Assembly (NCBI RefSeq): GCF_000150275.1
Contig: NW_002060949.1
Location: 209,861 to 273,860 of the forward strand
Source of the DNA: Trichoplax adhaerens
Taxonomy: Eukaryota > Animalia > Placozoa
Reading direction: 5' to 3'
Length of the DNA stretch: 64,000 bases
In this document: positions 27,431-41,400 of the stretch, one piece after another
Layout of the letters: every line of letters begins with the position of its first letter
How positions within the stretch are numbered: position 1 is the first letter of the stretch
The notes under the pieces: model-generated
Databases searched by the model: none
What the model was told of the DNA's origin: nothing
What the model saw: the letters and a program-made list of their open reading frames with translations, nothing else
Program-made: the position numbers and the translations under genes

Positions 27431-29430
27431 ATTATTATCAATTTATTTTTTACTAGTATTTTTACTCTGTTGAAGTTGATTTGATAATATAATCAGGTAA
27501 TAATGCTCTTCGTCCTAGTAATTAGGATAGACTTGGAAGTAATGGAGAAATCTTTATGTATTAACTCGTCCTATCTCTTCCCATTCGTTGTTGATTTTTA
27601 TGGAACTTCATAATATCAGTTATGGCCCGTTTAAGCCTGAATTTAATCAGATATTTTATCGATTTGCAATTTTAATTTTTCTGAAATCTACTTAGAACCG
27701 TAGCAAATGTATCATTATACCCGTAAATTCCCATATCGTAATATAGATTTGTCTGCCTTAAAATGTATTTATTCGGCTACTTATCTGATTGGCCGTAACT
27801 TTTATAAATTCAATATGTGCAACAAAACTGTAGATGTTTGATAATTAATTTCTCAACTGTATAACGCTTCCAGGTGCAAAGGCCTATGTAATGCATTACT
27901 GGCTAGGATCTTAATCTTCATTGTATGCCTATATGTAAAATTTATAAATCAAAAAACTTAAATTCATACTTCGCGTACCATTGGTAAAATAAAAGTTCTG
28001 TCATCATCTTGAACGGCTGCTGTGTACGCATATCAATTAATTATAGTCCGCCAAGGGAAGATAATTTTTTAATAGCTACTAATGATAATGATAATTATGT
28101 TAAAGATGCTAACTTATAATTGGATCAGTTATTGAGTAGACGTAGCAAGATAAGTAACGACCTAACCGTAAACATTTAAAGATTTATACGGTGCGTTGTA
28201 ACATCCAAATTTAAGTTTTTCATTGGTCATGCTCCATGAAGCGTATAATGTTACTTATCTGTGATAAAGTGATCTTCAAAACAATAAATCAAGAACTACA
28301 GTTTCTTGCAAATTTCACTCTATTACAGAAGTTAGGTTCGTCTAACTACCAATAGCTTACAAATTAAGTTATTCTCGTACAGTCTTATAATAGTAATCTA
28401 AGCTATATTTGGGGCTGCACTACATTGTCAAAATAGCCAGGCATTTTTTTCTAGCAACTATAAAAATTTGCACGTACTTTACAGTATTCTTTGTCATATA
28501 ACAGAGTGCTGTACGAATCATTTTTCCTATTAGATGTTTGCTTTTATAACTTACTGACTGGTTAGCATGTAGGTACAATCAGCCATGAAAGAGCTTTCGT
28601 TAACGATAAGAATTGCCATTGATTTTACAGCATATAATATAGATATTTTAATGAAATACATGTACACTTGTATAGCACACTTATTCTGCATGAAAGATAG
28701 CACTTATAGTACACTACCACAGTAAAATGAAAGGGTCTATGATGAAGTCTATATCGTTCTGACAAACGTAAAGCATTGCCATACCACATTATTAATTTAT
28801 ATTAATAATTCTCAGCTAAATTATCCTTTTACTGTGTTTTGCATGCTTCCCTCATTAACCGTTGCAATAACGAAATCCCTCATGGCCTCATCTGTGCAAA
28901 TCTTTAATATCGACCAAATTAGAGCAAAACACAAGACCTACGAATTACTATATTAATGCCAGATTTATTTATTAATAATAAATGTCATTATTGCATGGAA
29001 AAATATTCATCTCCGACACAAGATTTAGAAGAATAATCAAATCATTACGTATTAGTTGTAATAAAAGTGGCAGAGATAAATTAAATTATTCAGCATGGTT
29101 GATTTATTCGTTAATGTGTTAACTAATTATTCATAAAACGAATAAAAAATCAATTTTAATTCATTTATGATATTTTAAGATATTGCCATGGAGACTTTAT
29201 CAATTTTTGCTGCCATTTATCATGACACCTACAAGATTGAAATTGATATAAAATAATTAAAAAAATATTAAGAATACGCTGAAGTTACTATTAGCAAATT
29301 ACTGCACTGTAACTCTGGATCGATTGTAAATTGTTTATCTAAGCCAAGATATGTTATATCAATTAAGTATTCATAATTATAATTTATTTAGTATGATGAT
29401 GCAAATAGTACCTACTAACCTGGTCACTAC

Positions 29431-32400
29431 TTAGCATAACTGACACGATGTTCGACCTAATTGTGCCGGGCCAACTTGGCACTGACAATTAAAGCAACTC
29501 TTTTGTAATTGCTTAAGTTCAAAGCCGAAATATTTTAAGAATGACTTATAGAATGTTGCAAATTGTGAAGTCATGAAGTCAGCATTCCATACATAGCCGC
29601 GTTTAACGATATTACTATGAGCATCGGTTAAGAACATATCTAGATTATCAGCCCTTGTTCCTTCGTTCACCATACTGGGTTCCATTGATTGGCGAGGGCG
29701 TTTGATTACATTCAAGAAAACTCCCTTGTAGAATAATTCTTTAGCCATAGCAGTCATATCAGCAGACTGTGCAGGTTCGGCATCAGTCAATACTAGTATT
29801 GATTTATAATCCGACTCGAATGGAAATTGCATAGCAAATTTGACTGCGCTAACGACATCATCATTAGTGCGCTTAGTAAAGTTTAAGTGTTGTAAGCCAC
29901 TACTTAAATCAATATATCGGCCTTTCAGTTGTCCATTTAAGGTATGGAAGTGAGCATCAGAATGAATACAATCGCCACCAAAGCCAATTAGACCGAAACG
30001 TACTTTAATATGGTAATATTTGGAAATGTACATTTCCAAGCTTCTGAATAATTTTTCTATGTACATTTTGTACATTTTCATTTCTGGTACTTCATGTACA
30101 ACAATTACCAAGTCTAATTTTTTAGGAGCAGCCTTCCAGGTATCGTTGATGCTGAATTTGTTTTCGCAAAGAGCTAAAATAATCAAGATTGAATACATGT
30201 CTCGGTTAAGTCTGCTACTGGGAAAAAATCGACCATAATTATGCAATACAGAATATTAATTAATACTATATCTGTCTTGTTAAGAAGCATATTACTTACA
30301 GCATTCTTCAGGCATAGAAATATTGACACCTGCTTTCTTACAACGTTGGAGGTACGCTGCGAAGATATTGCAACCACATTGGCTATTAGTGCACTTCTTA
30401 CCGCAAATTTCATGCATGCAGACATCTTTAAAGTCTGCTGGGTCTACAACATCGAAACATTGAGTAAATTCTGATTCATAGCGACGATCAAACTTCATGC
30501 AGTGCCTGTTATCATCGTTGTATTCCAAGTTATCGCATTTATTATTAGCAATTTTCTTCGGTTTGATAGAAATGATCATGTCATCTTGTTGGGTATTTGA
30601 AGATGTATCGAAAGTATTTGAGTTAGTATCTTGAACAAATGGTGTATGCAAGCATTTGCTACTTCCACTAACTTCCCAATTATCAGCAAGAGCCGTAGGA
30701 TTGAGTACTATTTTCTTTTTCATATTACGCCAATCATTACTTTTCTCTCCATCCATATTACCCAATAAGCCAGCTACTCTATTATGATACCAGGATGGCA
30801 CAGTAAATAGGCACAAGTAATGATGCATGTCGCAACGTATTTTCAATCCACTTGCTGCATTGATATAAATGAAAGGACCGAAACGAGTAGCATTGAAGTC
30901 TTGCATCTGTTGTGGCAATTCAACTCTTCTATCGTTAACATACACGATTCCATTCTTATCCAAAACGATATTATCGCCATTTTGTACACGCACAAAGATA
31001 GAGTCTTGTCGGCTTACAATTGTGAAAGAATTGTTGACATATTCGTGTGATAACAAGTAACTGCATGACTTACTCTTGTAAGCTGGAATAGTGATGTGCT
31101 CCTTATCGAATGTCATGATAGTAGTATCGGAATAGATCATTGCAACTCCTAGACAGTTAAGGAAGTCAAGAGAAAGATCGTTAGAAATTTTACACTACTT
31201 TAGTGTTTATCTTAGGTAATACTTGTAGGAAGAATTATCATTAACTTACTTTCATATCTTGGGATTTTGTTGTTTACATGACCAATAATTTTATCTACAA
31301 CATCTTTGGTTGTATTGGGCAATTTGAATCCAAGTATAAATTCCGGTAATTGTAGCTTAGAAATATAGTACGGAATTCTATCTAAATCGATGGAATCCAT
31401 ATTAAATTTGCTAAGCTCTTTATACAGTTTGGTAAGGGATTTAATTACTGGGCAATGTTCCTTGAAATATTGAGTCATGTTGGCAAATTTGTTGTACTTC
31501 ATTGTCATTTTTTGGACTAACTGATGTAGCAATTTATCGAACTGATACTTCTCAAACATTGGTTGATACAAATGTTCCATAAGGTATTGAGTGTAGGTCG
31601 AATTCATGCAATATTCCTTCATATAATGTGAATATTGACCGGCCTTCTTCGTCATATTAGCCAAGAATTTCTTGATGATGAAATATTTATGCATTGCCTT
31701 TTGATACATATAATGTACTTTGGGTACATAAGTATCAGTTAAGTTGTAATAATTGAATAATAATCGTTGCAGTGTTGGCTTAATAAATTGATAGTAGATG
31801 ATAGTTTTTTCTTTCATTTGATCGAATGTTTTCTCGATTCCTTGATTGTAGATAGCGTAGCATTTGTTATAGGTCTTATTGATGGCACGATCAACAGAAT
31901 AGATAACGCAATTCTTGACATTGTTGATAGTTACATTGAGAGGATTATTCATTGCCATACGGAATAATTTCAAACCCTTATTGATAGCTTTAACGGTCAT
32001 ATTGATCGGCTTCTTCAAGATTGGCATGGTTTTTAAGGTATATTCAGGTAATTGTTTGGTGATAAATTGATGTAAAGTTGGCATCAATTCTTTCAAAACA
32101 ATCCTTTTAGCTACTTGAGTCAAATTGGACGCTACATTTCGAGTAAATTTAGTCAATGCGATACTACGTGACATAATATCATAGGCCATTTTATTGATAC
32201 TTCGATTAGAAACATAATCATATATATCCATGGCTGTCTCATTGAGTGGTTGCTGATAGGTCGATTTCAAGATAAAATTAATATGATTAATTTTCTTCAA
32301 GATATCCTCAACAATGACCTGTAGTTCAGGATAACGTTGGTAAGCCATGTCGCGTGTTACGATCAATTTGTTCTGAACAGTATGTAACAAATGGTAAATA

Positions 32401-35400
32401 GTTTGATTCATTGGCGTTTGATAGATTTTGGCCAATGTTTGATAGGTTTGATTGATTTTTGGCTCTAACTTGTTGATGTGATATCTCATATAGGGACATT
32501 GTTTCATCTTCTGAACAGCTGATTTCATAGCTTCGTGAACGGTCTCATAAATACGTGTATCATATAATTCTTTCAATGCCAATAAGGTATCGTTCAAGTG
32601 AGCAATAGTCTTATTGAAGCTGCCTTCATAAGAAGTATTACGGAAGAGCCCACGCGCATAATTAGGAATAGTTTTAGTTACTGTATTATAGACCACAGGA
32701 GTAACATCTTCACGAATAATAGTCTTGATAATTTTAGTAATAGCTTTAACAAGATGTTTAGTAAACCTTGCTACTTGAACTGTTTTATTCATGGCATCAG
32801 TTGCAATCATATTACATTGGGTAGTCTTAAAGTAATGGCAGATTTTGTTAGATTGTTCAATCGGATTTTTGTAAAGCATAATAGCCATCTGATAAGCTTT
32901 ACTTAATTTTTGGGCCATAATATCCATAAATGGCTTAATTTCTGGGAATCGATTCACGAAAGCAGCCTTCTTAACCATTAAACTATTCATAGCTTTATCA
33001 TGAAGGCCATACAAAATATCTTGTAATTGTTCCATGGTTACATTCAATGGTTGATCATATAGAATCATAACTTGTTCGGCAGCATTTAGGATACGATTGA
33101 TGGTCATATTATAATGTCCTTCCATGCAAGTGCCTTTAAACATGCCATAAGTGTATTCTGGAATTTGATAATAGATGATATCCATAGCGCTTGGGATAAA
33201 CTTTCGTACCATAATATATTTCGAAATATGATAGCTATAAAATACGAAGTCCTTAGTAAGCTTTATAGCGTTCTGACTGGTAGACATCATTCCTTCTTCC
33301 ATCAAATTCATAAAGAAAGCCTTGATTGTTGGTTTGGGTTGATGATATAGTTCGATGGTAAAATTCTTCACAAACATCATACTATCTTCAAGATCCATTA
33401 AGAATAGTGTTAAACCTGGATACATTTCATTTAATTGAAGATAATCTTCATAGTAATATTCCTTCAAGGCCATTAATTTATATTCAACTAATTCACTTGT
33501 ATAATCATACAATTGTGCAATAGTTTCTTGATATGGTTGATTTTTTACCGTTTTGATCAGTACCATAGTAACATTAAGGTAGTCGACTAATACCTGGTAT
33601 TCTTCTTCACGATTAAGTTTTCCAGCAACTTGATATAGATAGTCTGGTATATCATACTTGACTAATTTCAATATACCCGGCAAGATACGCCTGTAATACA
33701 ATTTCCTTAAGATACTTTTTACGCCAGCCTTGATTTGTGTCATAGTTGTCATATAGCCTTGACCAATTTCCTTGACTTTTTGCATTAATTGGCTAACATT
33801 GTGCTCTTTAAAGTAGCGGATAGTATAGTTATAACTACCGTACGGGTTATCAACAATCTCATCTCTGATTTTATTAAATCCTCGCTTATATCTCATACCG
33901 ATGGTGTACAAGAAAGCAACTTCTGGATAATCAGGAGCGATCTCATTTAATACATATTGATAAAATTGATTCTTTTTAGCATTTAAAGCTACAAAAGTAG
34001 CACCTAATGGCCTATTGTAGAATAGATTCCACTGTTGTTTCATGGAATTACAATGTTCTTCGGCTTTCTTCTGTAACTTGTCAACATCAAGAAATATATT
34101 AGCGTAATTTAAAGCTTTCATCCTGATCATACGGCATTTTTCTTTTGCTTGAAGCTTATGATAGTGTAACATTTCTTTCATTTCCAGTTTCGCTTTCTTC
34201 ATAGCTACCACTGTATAATTAACCATACGATAAAATTTTATGGCTAATTTCTCATGTAAGGCAATCATGAATTCCTTCATCATGGCACTGTGCAATTTGA
34301 TATTGTACATAGTCTTGAAGAATTTGTCTTTGAGCATCTTCGATTTGATAGCAAGCTTTTGAATGAGTTGATCGTAATGATATTCTAATCCAGGCATAAC
34401 TTTCTGTATGAGATAACGTAGTTTCTGATCGGCCATTTGTGCAAGTTTGGGCAAGTAAATTTTAGCCTTCTCTTTGATCATATTCTTGATATAATTTAAC
34501 TTTTCCATAACCTTTCCAAACTTAGCGTGGGTGACCTTGTAGATTACTCGTGATATTTTCTTAGTTTTAGCTACAAAAAGCTTAATCTTCTGGCCGATGG
34601 TGGTATTTGCTGCATGAAGTTCGTAGAATTTCTTTATGTCATCGCATTTCATATTGGTGATTAATTCAACATAGCGTGAAATAACTTTTGTTACTTTGGC
34701 CCATACATAGTGAAGTTTTTCCTTAATTTTCTTGACAGTTTCGGCCGGCGATTGCTTGGAAATCATTTCAGTTTTCATACGTAACTGAGTCCTTACATCA
34801 GCTAACAACAAAATGATTGTCCTTACTTTGAAGTTCGATTTAATCTTATATAATGCATCAATAAGCTTTCCTAATCCTATCTGTCGTAGTTTCTTTTCAA
34901 TTATTGGAGTTGCGGATTGATGAAATTTAGCCATCATTTCTTTAATTTGCAATTTCAATTCTCGTAATGTTTGTTCAAGAGGCTGGCTGGTAATTTTTTT
35001 AATCATTGCCATAATATGGTATAATTTTTCCTTTAATTTGTTCTTGACAGTCATGAGTTTATCCTTTATAGCCATTACTTTAGCCTTTATGTTGGCCATG
35101 CTCAATTTCTTCATCATTTCTTCTTTATGTTGCATCATGGATTCTTTCAAACAATTCATACTAACTTGAACCTCTCCTCTCAATAGCAATGGATTATGGC
35201 ATTCAAATCCAGCTTTATCGAACAATTCAATCAATTTATTTCGTAAATATGGGAAATCTACTGGCAATTTCTGAATTACATGCATAAGCTTGGGTTTGAT
35301 CTTGCTGAATTTCGTCATAATCATTTGGTAGATTGCCTTTATTGGTAATTTTTCCGCGCAATAGCTTTTAATTTTTTCACACTTTTGCTGCATTTTTTCC

Positions 35401-38400
35401 TTTATTAGTTGATAAAGCTTCATCAATTTCATTTTGATCATCTTCATGTTATGAAAAGCAATCTTCATAGCATATTGTCTAAATTGCTTGTAAACACCAG
35501 ATTTGACAATCTTTTGTAATTCGTTATAATTCAAGTTCAATTTTTCACTTAAGAAATGGCCTACAGCATCGATAAGATCGTGTTCTTTTTCGATTAAATT
35601 CTGAAGTTTTTCGTGTAAGTAAGCTGTATGGCCAGTTAATTTTTCCAACGTATTATCCATAAATGTTGCTAATTTTTCATGTAAACGTGGAATCAATTTC
35701 GTCTTAATTTTCATCATAAAGTAATGAGATAATTTGACCATCTTTAAAGTTCTTGCTAGCATAGATTGTGTTATATTTTTGACGAGGAATCGGATTCTGG
35801 GCGAAATAACAAGACGTTCAGGCAATTCGAGGAATGAATGGATGACAATTGGTTGTATAAAGCTCAGCTGATATATACCTTTAGATTTATCACATTGCAT
35901 GGTCCAGAAAGGTGTATTAAGCAGTGGTGATATCATATGCATTAATTTATCCTTGGCTTTGTACATAAGGTCCATCTTGAATGCAATCATCTTACCGATA
36001 CAATATTTAAATTCAGCTTTAGTTGGTAATTGTGGAGCATTAGCAATAATCATAGCTTTCAAATCATAATAGAATGGAACTAGAACTTCTTCCACGGTAT
36101 AAGCAATATTCTTATAGTATTTCGAATTGCGTATATCATTATAGAGTACCATGGAAATATTCATTCGTTTTTGAAGATAATCTAGTCTTAGATTTCCTAA
36201 TGCTGGTTTTACTTTATTCATAATGAATTCTTTGGTCTTGTTTTCTACAAGATTCAATAATGCAGCTAGATTTTCTTTGGGATTCTTTTTCAAGTCTTTT
36301 ACCAAGCGGATAGCTTTTTCCAGCACTGGTTGCAATTTCTGATACATTACATACATGGTATATTTTGTTACTTTCTGTTTCATGGCAGTTGTATAGTTCA
36401 TGATTTTTTGCTTCAACATTGCCAATTTAAAGTTAGCATAAGTTTTATAATTCTGAATAGTAGGGATGATTTTATTATGAATCATCGGCAATACCTTCTC
36501 TTTCATAAATTGAGTAATATTGAATTTTTTCTCGATATAAGGAAGGATTGGCTTCAAGATTTTTTCAATTTTCATTAGTAAGCTCTTAGTATAAACGCTA
36601 ACAGTTACATTAGCATGCTGTAAATACTGCTGCATAGTTTCATTCATGTAATCCATCTTAGCCATGGCAATTTGGGCAAACTCCATCATCCTGTCGGAGC
36701 ATTGGCTTGCCTTTTCGATTAATTTCACCTTATAAATTTTGTAATAATTTTTGATCATGTGCGTTAGATTTTGCATTGCAAAATTCAGTTTAGTCTTCAT
36801 AGCGGCATATTTATTCATCATTTTCGATTTCATTTCGGTTAACTTTATTTGCATCATTGCCATACACTTATTATATGATTGTTTGACGTTCATGATCATA
36901 ATCTCAGAAACTTTAGCAGCAACCATTTTGGTCTTATGCAAAGCCATCATGGTAACCGTTTTTACTTCCTCGATTAATTCAGGAGCTAATTCTGGTCTGA
37001 CATATAACTTTATTAGGCCGCGTTCGCCCACTAATGCATATGAAAGGGACATTTCTGGAATGCGAGTTTTACCAACTGCTCTGAATAAACCAACATTGAT
37101 AACATCGGCGCTTAATTCTCCAACTAATGATAATCTCGACATTTTCTCACAGTTGAAATCAGCATCAAGAACTGCAACTCGATTTATTTTATTTACCATT
37201 AAAGCGATACGTTTTGGCAAGATCTTGTTGATTAGGCCATTACCGGAAATAGCAACAGTTGCGCCTTTTCTTTCATCTTTCTGCCATAATCGGCCATTAA
37301 CGTTGATTTGCTTTCCCGGGAAATATTCCGCATTAATTTGAATTTCTTTATCTTTTGGTATGTGCTGTCCCTTAATGCCGACACGATAAATTGGTACTTC
37401 TCTGGCGTAGATACTTGTTTCTAATTCAATCAAACTTTTAGCTAAGTCGAGTTTAAAGGAACTCATAAGTGATTCTTTCCTGAAAGGTATAAAGGCATGC
37501 AATTGCAAATGCTTACGCATCATATCATTATTAGACGTTAATGCAACACCAAGATATTGACGTTCAGCAAAAGCAGGGCAGATATAACTAGTATATACGG
37601 TTGCCGCATTATTCTTAGACTCGATTTTAGCAATAAATTTCAAATCAGCATATTTATTAGTAGGAAAGATTTCATATGTTAAATTGAAGCTAACTAATTT
37701 AACCAAATTGTCTTTATAGAGATTCCAGCCAAGGCCAACACGGCGACCATTGGGAGTATCAATATTTACTCTTAACGTACGATTAGGCAAGTCAAGATGA
37801 TGGTTAACAATTAATTCTTTGATTTCATTATTCTTTATGTAGAAAGCCCGCAATTTCGATTTCAATAATTGCTTATTAAATGTAAGGTCCATTCCAAGTT
37901 GCTTTTGTAATTGACCAAATCCATATGCACTTCGTAGCTTGAGTAAAGTCTCACCTACTGCGACTTGTGCAGTTAGGGTCGCTAGGCGATATGCTGATCC
38001 GGTAAATGGAGTAAAAGTGACTTTCAAGCCTAATTCATGATTTGTCTTATTTAGTGAATTTTCGATAGTCAAAATTCTAGGCGTACCCACATAGTAGTCA
38101 TAATATCTTAGAGCTGATTCCAGTGATAATTTCTTACTAATTTCACCACGCAATTGTGATGAAAATGCCAACATATGCTCTTCACCATTGATACTAGGGT
38201 AACGAATTACTAATTTAACCAATTTGTTCTGTTTTTCAAAGCCGGTATTAAGATATAATCTTCGTTGTTTCTTATAGTATGGGCATGGAGCTTCCAAATA
38301 TGATGTCAATTCGAAATTTTTGGTATCTAATGTACCATTGAGGATAACAGGTCCTGACATACACGACAAAAGTTGATAATGACCAATTGACTTACGTTCC

Positions 38401-41400
38401 AAGTCAATAAATGAGGAAACATTCATTGTTTGAAGAGATAAATCCTTCCAAGAAGTATAAGTCATATAACTTTCAACTTTACGAATTGGTCCGATAGATA
38501 TATAGGATGATTGCATGGTGATGTTTTGTTGAATACCAGTCATAAAGCATGGGTAAGTAAGTTCTGACCTTACTCGTTTATTTTGCCAGTCCATTTTACT
38601 CAGTATTTCGAAATGGTAAGGTTCGAATTGTGCGCTCATAATGTTTGGTATTAATACTTTGGCAGATAATGTTGCATTGCTAAAGCGAATAGTTGCGTGG
38701 ACTGTTTCTTTCTGATCAGGATGTCCGCGTAATGATGAAAATCGGCTTTCGACACCAATGATTCCATGTTTTAAGCTAGCTTGCATCCATGTATAGGATC
38801 GAAGTGGTGTAACAACATCACTCCTGCATGATGGCATTTCCATACCGATTGTAAGTAGCTTAAATTCGGATCGGTGCCTAATCATGAAAAAGAATTTCTC
38901 ATTGTGTCTCAATGGTTTCCACGAAGGTACAAAGGCTTCCAAGGATACAAAGCGATTCACTTTGTCTACTGCGATAGTCATGTTACCCATTTCAGGCTCG
39001 TAGCTTCTCCATGATGGCAAAATGTAATTCATGTGGAATACATGATTTGAATTTGGTGGCATCACCACCAAACTAATATGGGCAAATTCAGATAGTTGAT
39101 TTCGCCAAGATGGTAATGTGACAGAAATGTCAATTTTTTTAACCGTAGGATCCTTTCGTGCAATAAAGATTAATTCTTCATTTCCAGGTTTCTTCCATGA
39201 TGGGAAACTACTATACAATTTAGCCAGTACAGCTTTGGTATTGATATTGGCAGAAATCTTAATTTCTTCAGTTCCTTGCTTTCTCCATGATGGTATCAAG
39301 ACATTAAGATGTACTGCTTTCTTGGCAACATTAATAGCACCATTAAGTTCGGCGTATTTTTGCTCGGGTGTCTTGAAAGACGGGAATTCAATCATGCCAT
39401 TGATTGACATATTACGTACGTTAGCTTCCATAAATACTGTCTCGATGCCTACTTTTTTCCACGATGGAAATTCAACGAGAAATTCAACAGATTTTGCCTG
39501 ACGATCGATAGCAGTGGTTAAATTAAAGCGTTCTTGTTGCATACTACGCCATGACGGGAAAACAAGGTATAGGTTAACTCCAAGGTCAGGCATTGCAATT
39601 TTACCACCGACAACAGCAACTTCCTTCTGGAGACCACGATAGGATGGGAATTGGGCATTGACTTCAAATTCTTTCTGTACAGTATCTAAGTGACCATTCA
39701 ATTCAATAGGTTGCACAAATGGTGGAATTAAAGTCGATAAATGAACATGTTTATTTTTGAGATCTAATTCATAGACAGCGTTTAAGTGATGTTGTTCCTC
39801 ATACTTTAATGATGGGAAGAGTAGATCGAAATGGAAATGGTATGCCGCTAATCCTGCATTAAAACTAATTATTTCTGTGGTTGATTTCTTCCATGATGGT
39901 ATGATTAAATTGAGTGCCATTTCCTGATTTTTTTTATCGACATGGCCTTCTAGAGTGATAGTTTCTAGCTTATTGTCTCTCCATGAAGGAAGTTCAATTG
40001 TCAAATAACCACTTGTTTCCGTTTTATTTAATATAGTTCTCATATGAACAATATTGGATGATAATCCAGGTATTCTAGGAAGTTTAAAATCGACTTCTAC
40101 CCCAATTTGGTCATTCATTTTCAAGCATTGAACACGACCTTCAAAATTCTCATTGTCTACTTGCCTCCAAGAAGGAATTGAAATTGAAAGAGCTACTTCT
40201 TTCTCTGCTGAATTTATTCGGCTGGTAAGTTCAAAAAATTCGTGTTGATTGATAGCATTTTCTTTCCATGTTGGGAACTGAGCTATTAATCGTGTAAATT
40301 TCTTCTCTTTATCGAATGTGCCGTAAGCAACTGCATGCATCGTCCGTAGTGTATTCCAATTAGGAAAACGTACTTCAACTCCGGCTTTGCCAAGTTTAGT
40401 ATCAAGAAACATTGTTGTCGCGAATGTTACCTGCGACGGGTTGAAAGTATAGGATGGCATATCTAAAGTCAAACTAGCGATTCCATCATTGCGTTTAAGT
40501 GATGCTGTGAGTTTCAATTTGTGGTAAGGGATCTTCTTGTTTGTTATGAAGTTATTATTGGGATAAAGTACACTAGTTGTCATGGTACCATTTTTATAAT
40601 ATCCCATAATTTGATATGTTTTCAACATTCTTCCGTACTGAGCAGCGGCAATAAATTGACGGCGTGGAATGCTCAAGCTACCACTTAATAAAAGTAGATT
40701 TTTATCATTATACTTTGTATCCAAATAGAACGATCCGCTTTCATTTAAACCAGCGCTAAGATATATTCGTTTACTGTTGATAATATCACCAAAGTTAGCT
40801 TGTAAAGCTAAGGCATATTTCTTAACAGATGCATGAAGGTATACTCCTTTGCCGTAAGGAGATGCCAATAATCGTAACGATAGACTCTTGTTTACCCTAT
40901 CGAGATGGAACCTACCACTTAATTCCTTCTCGTTCAAGATGAACTTTTTAGTTATCATCCAGTTACGGAGATCCATTTGTGTCACCATAGTAATATTACG
41001 TGGAATCAATGAGTTAGGTGTTGCAAGACTCAAACGATAATTAACGTTGCGGTAGTCGTCAGATACTTTAAAATAATTTTCTAATTGATATCCACTTAAT
41101 TTTTTGTCGGTACGTTGAAGGGTAAGAACAAATTTACCAGGACCGGTTAATGGAAAGAACGGAGCGGTTGGTGTACCTAAAGCGTATGGAAATTGTAAGT
41201 TTGCACATAATTTAGCACCCAAGATAGTTTCAGTCGGTGTACACAAGGCCTTGTCGACTTTCTTTCCAACAGGCTTGATGGCTACCTCTTCTTTATTTGA
41301 GAACTGGGACAATTCGTTCGAGATGGAAAATAGTTCCACTTGTTCTTTTGGTGCATCGATGTTAAGTTGAAATTTATTGTCTTTATAAGTAACATTGCCG

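Noticed and set aside
36751-37341. 196-aa + strand ORF, and other + ORFs within 30020-44501
   Set aside because: Antisense shadows of the long LLTP reading frame with no recognisable motifs.
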